The translations under genes and the position numbers were made by a program. A stretch of DNA of 38,993 nucleotides from Chthoniobacter sp. GTDB taxonomy: Bacteria; Verrucomicrobiota; Verrucomicrobiia; Chthoniobacterales; Chthoniobacteraceae. Of the stretch, positions 17,768 through 26,563 are shown in pieces; the first letter of the stretch is position 1; each line of letters opens with the position of its first letter. The stretch is from NCBI GenBank assembly GCA_025352865.1, contig JANXSB010000701.1, forward strand, positions 1 through 38,993. Direction: 5' to 3'. The notes beneath the pieces were generated by a model that worked only from the letters and a program-made list of their open reading frames with translations, was not told the origin of the DNA and made no database searches.

Positions 17768-18964
17768 GTGCTGGAAAAACTCGCCATCGAAGGTGGAACG
17801 CCGGTCCGGCAAAAGCTGCTGCCGTACGGGCGTCAGTCCATCGACGAAGCGGACATCGCCGCGGTGGTCGCGGTGCTGCGGTCGGACTGGCTGACCACGG
17901 GGCCGAATGTCGGCGGGTTCGAGCGTGCGTTTGCGGAGTTTGTCGGTGCGAAAGAAGCGGTCGCGGTGAACAGCGGCACCGCCGCTCTGCATGCTGCGTA
18001 TCATGCGCTCGGCATCGGGCCGGGGGACGAGGTCATCGTGCCGGCGATGACTTTTGCCGCGACGGCCAACGCGGTGCTTTACCAAGGCGGCACGCCCGTC
18101 TTCGCCGATGTCGAGCGGGACACGCTGCTGCTCGATCCCGCCGACGTGGCCGCGCGCATCACCCCGCGCACCCGCGCCATCGCCGCCGTGGATTACGCCG
18201 GCCAGCCGTGCGACTACGACGCGCTGCGCGCCCTCGCGGACGCGCACGGACTCGCACTCGTCGCCGACGCCTGCCACGCGCCCGGTGCCAATTACCGCGG
18301 ACGCGCCGTCGGCACGCTCGCCGATCTCAGCACGTTCAGTTTTCATCCCGTCAAGCACCTGACCACGGCCGAAGGCGGCATGATCACCACCGACGACGCG
18401 GAACTCGCGCGGCGAATGCGCTCCTTCCGCAATCACGGAATAACCACCGACCATCGCCAGCGCGAAGAGCGCGGCTCGTGGGCCTACGAGATGGTGGAAC
18501 TCGGCTACAACTACCGCCTCAGCGACCTCCAGTGCGCGCTCGGCAGCAGCCAGTTGAAAAAACTTTCCGGCTGGGTCGCCCGGCGGCAGGCCATCGCCGC
18601 GCGCTACTCGGAAGCCTTTTCCTCCAGTGAGCTGCTTTCACCTTTGCGCGTGCAGCCCGGCGTTTCGCACGGCTACCACCTCTACGTGATCCGGCTGAAT
18701 CTCGCGCGGCTCATCGCGGATCGCGCCGCGGTTTATTCCGCACTCCGCGCCGAGGGAATCGGCGTCAACGTCCACTACATCCCCGTGCATCTGCATCCGT
18801 TCTACCAGCAGCGCCCCGGCAACGCGCCGGGACTTTGCCCGGTCGCCGAAGCCGCCTATCACGAAATCCTCTCGCTGCCGATTTTCCCGGCCATGACCGA
18901 CGACGACGCGGAGAGCGTCATCCGCGCCGTCGGCAAAGTGCTGGAAGCGTTTAGGAAAAACTGA
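17768..18964 (+). CDS. pseC: UDP-4-amino-4,6-dideoxy-AltNAc transaminase (DegT family)
   Basis: PYGRQSIDE.DI..V..VL.SDWLTTGP, NSGTAALH, DACHA, FSFHPVKHLTTAEGG (PLP Lys), LGYNYR, VNVHYIP. Confidence 0.93.
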   Translation: MLEKLAIEGGTPVRQKLLPYGRQSIDEADIAAVVAVLRSDWLTTGPNVGGFERAFAEFVGAKEAVAVNSGTAALHAAYHALGIGPGDEVIVPAMTFAATANAVLYQGGTPVFADVERDTLLLDPADVAARITPRTRAIAAVDYAGQPCDYDALRALADAHGLALVADACHAPGANYRGRAVGTLADLSTFSFHPVKHLTTAEGGMITTDDAELARRMRSFRNHGITTDHRQREERGSWAYEMVELGYNYRLSDLQCALGSSQLKKLSGWVARRQAIAARYSEAFSSSELLSPLRVQPGVSHGYHLYVIRLNLARLIADRAAVYSALRAEGIGVNVHYIPVHLHPFYQQRPGNAPGLCPVAEAAYHEILSLPIFPAMTDDDAESVIRAVGKVLEAFRKN

Positions 18965-18972
18965 AACCGCGG

Positions 18973-19126
18973 GTCATCCTGAGCGGAGTTCCGTCGCGGG
19001 CGAAGGTGGGACGGAACGCAGTCGAAGGATCCCGGCGGTGCGATCAAGTGCTCTACGTTAAAGAACCGCCGGGATCCTTCGACTGCGCTGCGCCCACCTT
19101 TCCGCCTCCGCTCCGCTCAGGATGAC
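18973..19126. repeat. 154-bp nested palindromic element (GTCATCCTGAGCG...CGCTCAGGATGAC)
   Basis: Perfect 16-bp terminal IR 18973-18988/19111-19126; perfect 23-bp inner IR 19017-19039/19065-19087; AAGGTGGG/CCCACCTT pair between them. Confidence 0.9.
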
Positions 19127-19162
19127 ACGCTGTTTTGAGCTTCGGTAAATCCGCTTAGAAAA

Positions 19163-19882
19163 ATGAAAACCGTCGCCATCATTCAGGCGCGCATTGGGAG
19201 CACGCGGCTCCCCGGCAAAGTGCTGCTCGACCTCGCCGGTGAGCCCATGCTCGCCCGCGTCGTCGCGCGTGTCCGCCGCGCGCGGCGCGTGGATGAAGTG
19301 CTCGTCGCCACGACCACCGAGACACCCGACGACGCGCTCGCCGTGCTCTGCGCCGCGCGCGGCTGGCTCTGCTTTCGCGGGAGCGAAACCGACGTGCTAG
19401 ACCGCTACTATCGCGCCGCATCCGGTCGCGGTGCGGAAGTCGTCGTCCGCATCACTTCGGACTGCCCGCTGATCGATCCCGCGGTCATCGACGCGGCCAT
19501 CGAAGGCCGCGAACTTCAGCAGGCGGACTACTGCGCCAATGTCGTCCGCCGCACCTATCCGCGCGGGCTCGATGTCGAAGTCTTCACCTTCGCCGCGCTC
19601 GAAACCGCCTGGCGCGAGGACGACAAACCCGAATGGCGCGAGCACGTCACGCAGTTCATCCTGCACCATCCCGAGCGCTTCAACGTGACGATCCTGTCGC
19701 ATGACGAAGATCATTCCGACCGGCGCTGGACCGTGGACACGCCGGAAGACTTCGAACTGATGGGCAAAATTTACGGGCATTTCGGCCACGACGAATTTTC
19801 GTGGCCGGAAGTCCTCGCGCTCCTCGCGCAGCATCCGCAATGGAACGAGATCAACCGCCACATCGAGCAGAAAAAAGTGTGA
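19163..19882 (+). CDS. spsF: SpsF-type cytidylyltransferase (occupying the PseF position)
   Basis: IIQARIGSTRLPGKVL, FRGSETDVLDRY, VRITSDCPLIDP, YPRGLDVEV, REHVT, RWTVDTPED. Confidence 0.8.
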   Translation: MKTVAIIQARIGSTRLPGKVLLDLAGEPMLARVVARVRRARRVDEVLVATTTETPDDALAVLCAARGWLCFRGSETDVLDRYYRAASGRGAEVVVRITSDCPLIDPAVIDAAIEGRELQQADYCANVVRRTYPRGLDVEVFTFAALETAWREDDKPEWREHVTQFILHHPERFNVTILSHDEDHSDRRWTVDTPEDFELMGKIYGHFGHDEFSWPEVLALLAQHPQWNEINRHIEQKKV

Positions 19883-20949
19883 GCGTGCGCCGCCTTGGAA
19901 CGCTCCTCATCCGCGCAGACGCCGGGGAGAAAATTGGCAGCGGTCATGTCATGCGCTGCCTCGCGCTGGCGCAGGCCTGGCAGGATGCCGGCGGCGAAGT
20001 CCGCCACGCCGGCACCGCCCTCCCGCCCGCGCTGTCCGCGCGGCTCGCGGATGAGCGGATCGTCTCGACGGTTCTGGACGCCGTTCCGGGAAGTCCCGCC
20101 GATGCCGCTCGCACCGCCGCGCTGGCGCGGGAATGCGGGGCCGACTGGCTGGTCATCGACGGCTATCAGTTCGGTGCAGACTATCAGCGCGCGCTTGCCG
20201 CGTCCGGCGCACGCGTCCTCGTGAACGACGATTTCGGATCCATCGGCGAGTACGTCGCCGATGCGATCCTCGATCAAAATCTCGGCGCCCGCGAAAATGC
20301 CTACGCCCGGCGGGGAGCCACCACACAGCTTTTGCTCGGCCCGCGCTTTGCCCTGCTCCGCCGCGAGTTCACGCGCTGGCGCGACTGGTCGCGCGAGACT
20401 CCGGCGGAGGGACGGCGCATTTTGGTGACGCTCGGCGGTTCCGACCCGGACAACGCCACGCTCCAGGTGATCGAGGCGCTGCGGCAGGTGAAAGTGGACG
20501 GGCTCGAAGCAGTCATCGTCGCTGGCGGCGGCAATCCGCATCGCGAAAAACTGGCCGCCGCCGTGCGCGCTGCCGGCAGCGGCTTTCGCCTCGTGACCGA
20601 CGTGAGCAATCTCGATGAACTCATGGCCTGGGCCGATCTCGCCGTCGCCGCGGGTGGCAGCACTTCCTGGGAACGGGCGCTGCTCGGGCTGCCGGGGCTC
20701 GTCGTGGTCCTCGCCGAAAATCAGCGCGGCATCGCGCAGGCGCTCGGCACGGCGGAGTGCGCCATCGACCTCGGCTGGGCGCGTGAACTCCGCGTCCCGC
20801 AGCTCGCGGCGGCCATCACCGCGGCGCTGCGCGATGGCGGCTGGCGCGCGCGCGCGGCGGAGCAAAGCCGCCGGCTGGTCGATGGCCGCGGAGCCGAACG
20901 CGTCGTGGAAACTTTGACCCAAACCGCCTGCGAAGTCCGATGCGCCTAG
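19879..20949 (+). CDS. pseG: UDP-2,4-diacylamido-2,4,6-trideoxy-altropyranose hydrolase
   Basis: IRADAG..IGSGHVMRCLALA, IDGY, LLGPRFALLRREF, TLGGSD, AGGSTSWE, LAENQ, DGRGA.RV; GTG start overlaps the upstream TGA. Confidence 0.9.
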   Translation: MSVRRLGTLLIRADAGEKIGSGHVMRCLALAQAWQDAGGEVRHAGTALPPALSARLADERIVSTVLDAVPGSPADAARTAALARECGADWLVIDGYQFGADYQRALAASGARVLVNDDFGSIGEYVADAILDQNLGARENAYARRGATTQLLLGPRFALLRREFTRWRDWSRETPAEGRRILVTLGGSDPDNATLQVIEALRQVKVDGLEAVIVAGGGNPHREKLAAAVRAAGSGFRLVTDVSNLDELMAWADLAVAAGGSTSWERALLGLPGLVVVLAENQRGIAQALGTAECAIDLGWARELRVPQLAAAITAALRDGGWRARAAEQSRRLVDGRGAERVVETLTQTACEVRCA

Positions 20950-21716
20950 TTTTTTTTGGCAACAACTGGCTCGGCTGGAAAGCGCTCGAGTTCCTCCAGG
21001 CGCAGGGGGAAGACCTCGCGGCGCTGGTCGTGCATCCCGCCGGGCGGCGCAAATATGGCGATGAAATTCTCGCGACCGCGGCGCTCCCGCCCGAGCGGAT
21101 CTTCGACGCCGCGCGCCTCCGCGAGCCGGCCACCATCGCGGCGCTCGCGGCGCTCCAGCCCGAGATCGGGATTTCCATTTCGCTCGGCTACATCCTGCGG
21201 CGTGAGCTGCTCGGAAAATTTCCCGATGGCTGTATCAATCTCCACACCTCTTTTCTCCCGTGGAATCGCGGCGCGAACCCAAACGTCTGGAGCATCGCCG
21301 AGCGCACTCCCGCCGGCGTGACGCTGCATTACATCGACGACGGCGTGGACACCGGCGACATCCTCGCGCAAGAGCGGTTCGCGGTGGAGCCGACCGATAC
21401 CGGTGCGACGCTTTACGCGCGGCTGGAAGCGGCGGCGCTCGCACTTTTCATCAAAACGTGGCCGTCGATCCGCGCCCGCGCGCTCACGCCGCTCGCGCAG
21501 GACCGCGCGGCGGGCTCGGCGCATCGGGTGGCCGATCTGGCCGAGCTCGACGCCATCGACCTCGACCGCAGCTACGTCGCGCGCGACCTCATCGACCTCC
21601 TGCGCGCCCGCACTTTTCCGCCCTACTCCGGCGCATATTTTCTGCACGAGGGCCGGAAGATTTCCATGCAACTGACCTTGCACGACGAAGGAAACGCGGA
21701 GGACCGCGCGCGATGA
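20940..21716 (+). CDS. Sugar N-formyltransferase (N10-formyl-THF dependent)
   Basis: INLHTSFLPWNRGANP (NxH), GVTLHYIDDGVDTGDI (catalytic Asp), LRARTFPPY.GAYF. Confidence 0.85.
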   Translation: MRLVFFGNNWLGWKALEFLQAQGEDLAALVVHPAGRRKYGDEILATAALPPERIFDAARLREPATIAALAALQPEIGISISLGYILRRELLGKFPDGCINLHTSFLPWNRGANPNVWSIAERTPAGVTLHYIDDGVDTGDILAQERFAVEPTDTGATLYARLEAAALALFIKTWPSIRARALTPLAQDRAAGSAHRVADLAELDAIDLDRSYVARDLIDLLRARTFPPYSGAYFLHEGRKISMQLTLHDEGNAEDRAR

Positions 21717-22756
21717 AAATCGGGAAGCACATGATTGGCGCGGGCCACCCCGTTTTCGTGATCGCGGAACTGTCCGCGAATCATCATCAGAACTTCGACG
21801 AAGCGGTGCGCCTCCTGCGCGCGGCGAGCGCGGCCGGCGCGGATGCGGTGAAGGTGCAGACCTACACCGCCGACACCCTCACCATCGCGTGCGACAACGC
21901 GCACTTCCGCATCGGCGGCGGCACGCTGTGGGACGGGCGCACGCTGCACGATCTCTACGCCGAAGCCTACACGCCGTGGGACTGGCAGCCGCGGCTGAAG
22001 GCGGTCGCCGATGAACTCGGCATCGAGTTTTTCTCCACGCCGTTTGATTCCACGGCGGTGGCATTTTTGGAAAAAATGAACGTGCCCGCGCACAAGATCG
22101 CCTCGTTCGAGATCGTCGATCTCGGGCTCATCCGCGAAGTGGCGCGCACGGGCCGGCCCATCATCATGTCCACCGGCATGGCCACGCGCGCGGAGATCGC
22201 GGAAGCGTTCGATGCGGCCCGCGCGGCGGGTGCCGGCGACATCGCGCTGCTCAAATGCACGAGCGCCTACCCGTCGCCGCCGGAGACGATGAACCTGCGC
22301 ACGATCGCGGATCTCGCGGAGACCTTCGGCGTGCCCGCGGGGCTTTCCGATCACACCATGGGCGTGGCTGTGCCCGTCGCGGCGGTCGCGCTCGGCGCGT
22401 GCATTGTGGAAAAACACTTCACGCTTTCGCGCAGCGTGGCGGGGCCGGACAGCGCGTTCTCGCTGGAGCCGCAGGAGTTCCGGCAAATGGTGGACGCCAT
22501 CCGCATCGCCGAGAGCGCGCTCGGCGCGGTGCATTACGGCGTGACCGCCGGCGAGGAGACGAGCCGCATTTTCCGCCGCTCGCTTTTCGTGGTCGAGGAT
22601 GTGCCGGCGGGCGCGCTTTTCACGACGGCCAACGTCCGCTCGATCCGCCCCGGCTACGGCCTGCACCCGCGGCATCTCGACGAAGTACTCGGCCAGCGCG
22701 CCGCGCAGGACATCAAACGCGGAACGCCGATGAGCTTCGACCTGCTCGCCAAATGA
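21713..22756 (+). CDS. pseI: Pseudaminic acid synthase
   Basis: IAELSANH, GADAVKVQTY, FSTPFD, KIASFE, LLKCTSAYP, GLSDHT, EKHFTL..GPDS.FS, C-terminal SAF domain RSIRPGYGL; ATGA overlap. Confidence 0.93.
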   Translation: MKIGKHMIGAGHPVFVIAELSANHHQNFDEAVRLLRAASAAGADAVKVQTYTADTLTIACDNAHFRIGGGTLWDGRTLHDLYAEAYTPWDWQPRLKAVADELGIEFFSTPFDSTAVAFLEKMNVPAHKIASFEIVDLGLIREVARTGRPIIMSTGMATRAEIAEAFDAARAAGAGDIALLKCTSAYPSPPETMNLRTIADLAETFGVPAGLSDHTMGVAVPVAAVALGACIVEKHFTLSRSVAGPDSAFSLEPQEFRQMVDAIRIAESALGAVHYGVTAGEETSRIFRRSLFVVEDVPAGALFTTANVRSIRPGYGLHPRHLDEVLGQRAAQDIKRGTPMSFDLLAK

Positions 22757-23376
22757 TCGCGATCATCGACTACGGCATGGGCAATCTGCGCTCGGTCTTC
22801 AATGCCTTCCAGGCGCTCGGCATCGAGGCCGTCATCGCCGACGGCCCGGCGGGTTTGCGCGAGGCCGCGGGCGTGGTGTTGCCGGGCGTCGGCGCGTTTG
22901 GCGACGGCATGCGCAACCTGTGCGAGCGCGGCTTCATCGAGGAGCTGGAGAAGCAGGTCGTCGCCGGCGGCAAACCGTTTCTCGGCCTGTGCCTCGGGCT
23001 GCAACTGCTCGGCACGCGCGGTTTCGAGCACGGCGAAAATGCGGGGCTCGGCTGGATTCCCGGCGTCGTGAACCGGCTCGTCGTGCCCGACGCGCTGCGC
23101 GTGCCGCACATCGGCTGGAACGACACCCGTTTTGTGAAACCGGACGCGCTCTTCGACGGACTCGGCGCGGCGGCGGCGTTCTATTTCGTCCACAGTTTCG
23201 TCCTCGTGCCGGACGATCCGGCGGTGATCACCGGCGTGTGCGACTACGGCGTGGATTTCACCGCCAGCGTACGGCGCGACAACATCTGCGCGACCCAGTT
23301 TCACCCCGAGAAAAGCCACAAGGCCGGCCTCGCCGTGCTGCGCAACTGGGCCGCGGCCCTGCCCAAGTCATGCTGA
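22753..23376 (+). CDS. hisH: HisH-paralog glutamine amidotransferase (WbuY-like)
   Basis: IIDYGMGNLRSV, LPGVGAF, GLCLGLQ (Cys), VPHIGWN, YFVHSF, QFHPEKS. Confidence 0.9.
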   Translation: MIAIIDYGMGNLRSVFNAFQALGIEAVIADGPAGLREAAGVVLPGVGAFGDGMRNLCERGFIEELEKQVVAGGKPFLGLCLGLQLLGTRGFEHGENAGLGWIPGVVNRLVVPDALRVPHIGWNDTRFVKPDALFDGLGAAAAFYFVHSFVLVPDDPAVITGVCDYGVDFTASVRRDNICATQFHPEKSHKAGLAVLRNWAAALPKSC

Positions 23377-24158
23377 AAAAACGGCTCATCCCGCTGCTGC
23401 TTTTGCAAAACGGACTGCTGGTGCGCAGCGAATCTTTTTCGATCCATCAGGTGCTCGGCAACCCGATCCATGAGGTCGAGCGTTTCAACCAATGGAGCGT
23501 GGATGAACTCATCTACATCGACATCAGCCAGGACGACGCCTGCGACCTGCGCCGCGACGACCACAAAATCCGCGGGCTGAACGATCCGCTGGCCATTCTC
23601 GATGCGGTGAGCCGGACGTGCTTCATGCCGCTGACGTGGGGCGGGCGCATCCGCAGCGTCGCGGAAATGCGCGAGCGCATCAGTCGCGGCGCGGACAAAA
23701 TCACGCTCAACAGCGCGGCGGTGAAAACGCCGGATTTGATCACGCAAGGCGCGCAGGTTTTTGGCAGCCAGGCGATCGTCGTGAGCATCGACAGCCGGCG
23801 GCACGCCGACGGCACGCGCGAGGTTTTCATCGATGGCGGGCGCACGGCGACGGGCTGGAAACCGGACGACTGGGCGCGCGAGGCGCAGCGGCTCGGGGCG
23901 GGGGAAATTTTGCTCCAAAGCATCGAGCGCGACGGCACCGGCGAAGGCTACGATCTCGAATTGATCGCGGCAGTGGCGGCGGCGACGAGCATCCCGGTCA
24001 TCGCGTGCAGCGGCGTCGGGCGCTACGAGCATTACGTCGATGGCATCCGCGCCGGAGCCTCGGCGGTGGCCGCGGCGAACATCTGGCATTTCAAGGAACT
24101 CTCCGACCGCGGCGGCAAGCGCGCGCTCGCCAAGGGCGGCATCGACATCCGACTTTAG
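23370..24158 (+). CDS. hisF: HisF-paralog cyclase-like subunit (WbuZ/HisF2-like)
   Basis: MLKKRLIP, VDEL..IDI, MPLTWGG.I, GADKI, FGSQAIVVSID, GAGEILL..I.RDGT..GYD. Confidence 0.85.
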   Translation: MLKKRLIPLLLLQNGLLVRSESFSIHQVLGNPIHEVERFNQWSVDELIYIDISQDDACDLRRDDHKIRGLNDPLAILDAVSRTCFMPLTWGGRIRSVAEMRERISRGADKITLNSAAVKTPDLITQGAQVFGSQAIVVSIDSRRHADGTREVFIDGGRTATGWKPDDWAREAQRLGAGEILLQSIERDGTGEGYDLELIAAVAAATSIPVIACSGVGRYEHYVDGIRAGASAVAAANIWHFKELSDRGGKRALAKGGIDIRL

Positions 24159-24167
24159 AATTCCGGT

Positions 24168-24291
24168 TCGTAATCTTAATCGTAATCCTAATCTTAATCG
24201 GCAAGCGGAGCGCGCAGACACAGAAGTTGAAAACCCCGTCCGTTCCGCCCTCCGGGCGGGATTACGATTAAGATTACGATTAGGATTAAGA
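24168..24291. repeat. Inverted pair of hexamer microsatellite arrays (TAATCN)n ... (GATTAN)n
   Basis: Left units CGTAAT CTTAAT CGTAAT CCTAAT CTTAAT; right units GATTAC GATTAA GATTAC GATTAG GATTAA; perfect 21-bp IR 24168-24188/24259-24279. Confidence 0.9.
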
Positions 24292-24331
24292 CTTCGGCCC
24301 ACCCATTTAACCAACCCCAAATACCCACATC

Positions 24332-25546
24332 ATGGCCGTCAAATACTGCTCCCGCTGCGTCTATCCCGCAGTCGCTGCGACTCCCCTCACCTTCGATGAA
24401 AACGGCGTCTGCTCCGGCTGCCGCGTGGCCGGCCAGAAAGACAACATCGACTGGGAGGCGCGCAAGAAAATGCTCCTCGAACTCGCCGGCGAATACCGCT
24501 CCAAGACGAACTACGACATCATCATTCCCGTCAGCGGCGGCAAGGACAGCTACTGGCAGACCCATGTGGCCATTCACGAACTCGGGCTCAAGCCGCTCCT
24601 CGTCACCTACCACGGCAATAACTTCCTGCCCGAGGGCGAGGAAAATCTCCTGCGCATGCGGCACGTCTTCGACTGTGATCACATCATCGTCAGTCCGGGC
24701 ATCGACACGCTCATCAAAATGAACCGCCTCGGTTTCAAAGTGCAGGGCGACATGAACTGGCACAACCACTGCGGCATTTTCACCGCACCGATCCAGGTCG
24801 CCGTGCGCTACAAAGTACCGCTGATGATGTGGGGCGAGCACGGCTTCATGGATCTCGGCGGCATGTATTCCTACAATGACTTCGTCGAGTTCACCGCGAA
24901 GTACCGGCTCGAACATTCGCTGCGCGGCTACGACTGGCCCGACTTTACCGACGAGGGACTGGAGAAACTCGGGCACCCCGAGTGGAAGGAAGGGCTGTCC
25001 GCGAAAGACCTGCTCTGGGCGCAGTATCCGTCCGACGAGGAGCTGGACGACGCCGGCATCCGGGGCATTTACCTCAGCAACTTCTGGCCGTGGGACGCCA
25101 ATGAGCATGTGAAGCTGGTCATGGAAAAATACGACTGGAAGCCCGCGCGCCAGCCTTTCGAGCGCACCTACCGCACGATGTCCAACCTCGACGACATGCA
25201 CGAAAACGGGATTCACGATTACCTCAAATTCATCAAGCTCGGCTACGGGCGCGGCACCGACCACTCGTGCAAAGACATCCGCGCCGGCCGGATGACGCGC
25301 GACCAGGGGATCGGGATGGTTAAAAAATACGACGCCGTGAAATCGCGCCGCGACCTTGATCGCTGGCTGAAATATGTGGACATTAGCGAGTCGGAATTCG
25401 ACGCCACTTGCGACACCTTCCGCGACCCGCGCGTGTGGCGGGTCGAGAATGGCCAGTGGGTGAAGGACAACATCTGGGGCGAGCCCGCGGCCTACGGCCC
25501 GGTGCATGCGCTGCCCGCATCCATGAAATCGGGGGCCGTCGCGTGA
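24332..25546 (+). CDS. N-acetyl sugar amidotransferase (WbuX/PseA-like, acetamidino-forming)
   Basis: YCSRCVYP..FDENGVCSGC, YD.IIPVSGGKDS (PP-loop), WGE, IHDYLKFIKLGYGR, IRAGRMTR; adjacent to HisH/HisF paralogs. Confidence 0.9.
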   Translation: MAVKYCSRCVYPAVAATPLTFDENGVCSGCRVAGQKDNIDWEARKKMLLELAGEYRSKTNYDIIIPVSGGKDSYWQTHVAIHELGLKPLLVTYHGNNFLPEGEENLLRMRHVFDCDHIIVSPGIDTLIKMNRLGFKVQGDMNWHNHCGIFTAPIQVAVRYKVPLMMWGEHGFMDLGGMYSYNDFVEFTAKYRLEHSLRGYDWPDFTDEGLEKLGHPEWKEGLSAKDLLWAQYPSDEELDDAGIRGIYLSNFWPWDANEHVKLVMEKYDWKPARQPFERTYRTMSNLDDMHENGIHDYLKFIKLGYGRGTDHSCKDIRAGRMTRDQGIGMVKKYDAVKSRRDLDRWLKYVDISESEFDATCDTFRDPRVWRVENGQWVKDNIWGEPAAYGPVHALPASMKSGAVA

Positions 25547-26559
25547 GCACGTCCGCCACCACTTTGCGCGAGACGGAAATCCGGCCCGATCACCTGATGG
25601 GCGAGCAGGCCGCGCGCTTCGATGCGGACATCGCGCGCATCCTCGCGCGGCGGAGTGAATTCGTCCGCGTGCCCTGCCCGGCGTGCGGCTCGGAGCAGTC
25701 GCGGCCCGCGTTTCAAAAGCACGCGCTCGACTACGTGTTCTGCACCGGCTGCGAGACGATGTTCATCAACCCGCGCCCCACGCCCGCGGTGCTGGAGATG
25801 TATTACTCGTCTTCGGAAAACTACGCCTACTGGAACAAGCACATCTTCCCCGCGTCGGAGGCCGTGCGCCGCGAGAAAATCTTTCGCCCGCGAGCGCAGC
25901 GGGTCGCGGAAATCTGCCAGCGTTACAACGTGCCGACACGCACGCTGCTGGAAGTCGGCGCGGGGTTCGGGACGTTTTGCGAGGAACTGCGGGCGCTGAA
26001 AATTTTCGACCGCCTGCTCGCCGTCGAGCCGACGCCGAGCCTCGCGGAAACCTGCCGCCAGCGCGGCCTCGAGGTCATCGAGAAACCCATCGAGCACGCC
26101 GATCTCAGCGGCCTGAACGCGGATGTCGTCGCGAGCTTCGAGGTCATGGAACATCTGTTTTCGCCCGCCGATTATGTCCGCCAATGCGCGCGGCTGCTCG
26201 CGCCCGGCGGCCTCTTCATCGCCACCTGTCCGAACATCCGCGGCTTCGACATGGTCACACTCGGCTCCGTGTCCACCGCCGTCGATCCCGAGCACCTGAA
26301 CTACTTCCACCCCGCCTCGCTTTCGCAGCTCGTCGAGTCGTGCGGCCTGACCGTTCTCGAGGTGCAGACGCCCGGAAAACTCGACGCCGAACTCGTGCGC
26401 AAAAAGGTGCTCGCTGGCGAGTTCGACCTCACGAGCCAGCCCTTCCTCAAACAAATCCTCCTCGATGAATGGGACCGCGCAGGCACCGCCTTTCAGGAAT
26501 TCCTCGCGGCGAACCGGCTCAGCTCGCACATGTGGCTGGTCGCGCAAAAAGCCGGCTAG
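25543..26559 (+). CDS. Class I SAM methyltransferase with N-terminal CxxC..CxxC
   Basis: CPAC/CTGC, NPRP, LLEVGAGFG, FEVMEHL, LAPGG, PEHLNYF; GTGA overlap. Confidence 0.88.
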   Translation: MSTSATTLRETEIRPDHLMGEQAARFDADIARILARRSEFVRVPCPACGSEQSRPAFQKHALDYVFCTGCETMFINPRPTPAVLEMYYSSSENYAYWNKHIFPASEAVRREKIFRPRAQRVAEICQRYNVPTRTLLEVGAGFGTFCEELRALKIFDRLLAVEPTPSLAETCRQRGLEVIEKPIEHADLSGLNADVVASFEVMEHLFSPADYVRQCARLLAPGGLFIATCPNIRGFDMVTLGSVSTAVDPEHLNYFHPASLSQLVESCGLTVLEVQTPGKLDAELVRKKVLAGEFDLTSQPFLKQILLDEWDRAGTAFQEFLAANRLSSHMWLVAQKAG

Positions 26560-26563
26560 CCGC

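Noticed and set aside
21260-21712. N-terminal extensions of pseI (likewise hisH, hisF, the 25408 methyltransferase and GT4 to 3753)
   Set aside because: They overlap upstream genes; family-typical starts at stop/start overlaps explain the data
22753-24158. Histidine biosynthesis operon
   Set aside because: No other his genes; adjacency to an N-acetyl sugar amidotransferase marks these as glycan-modifying paralogs
24168-24291. CRISPR array
   Set aside because: Units are 6 bp with no unique spacers, and no cas genes are present
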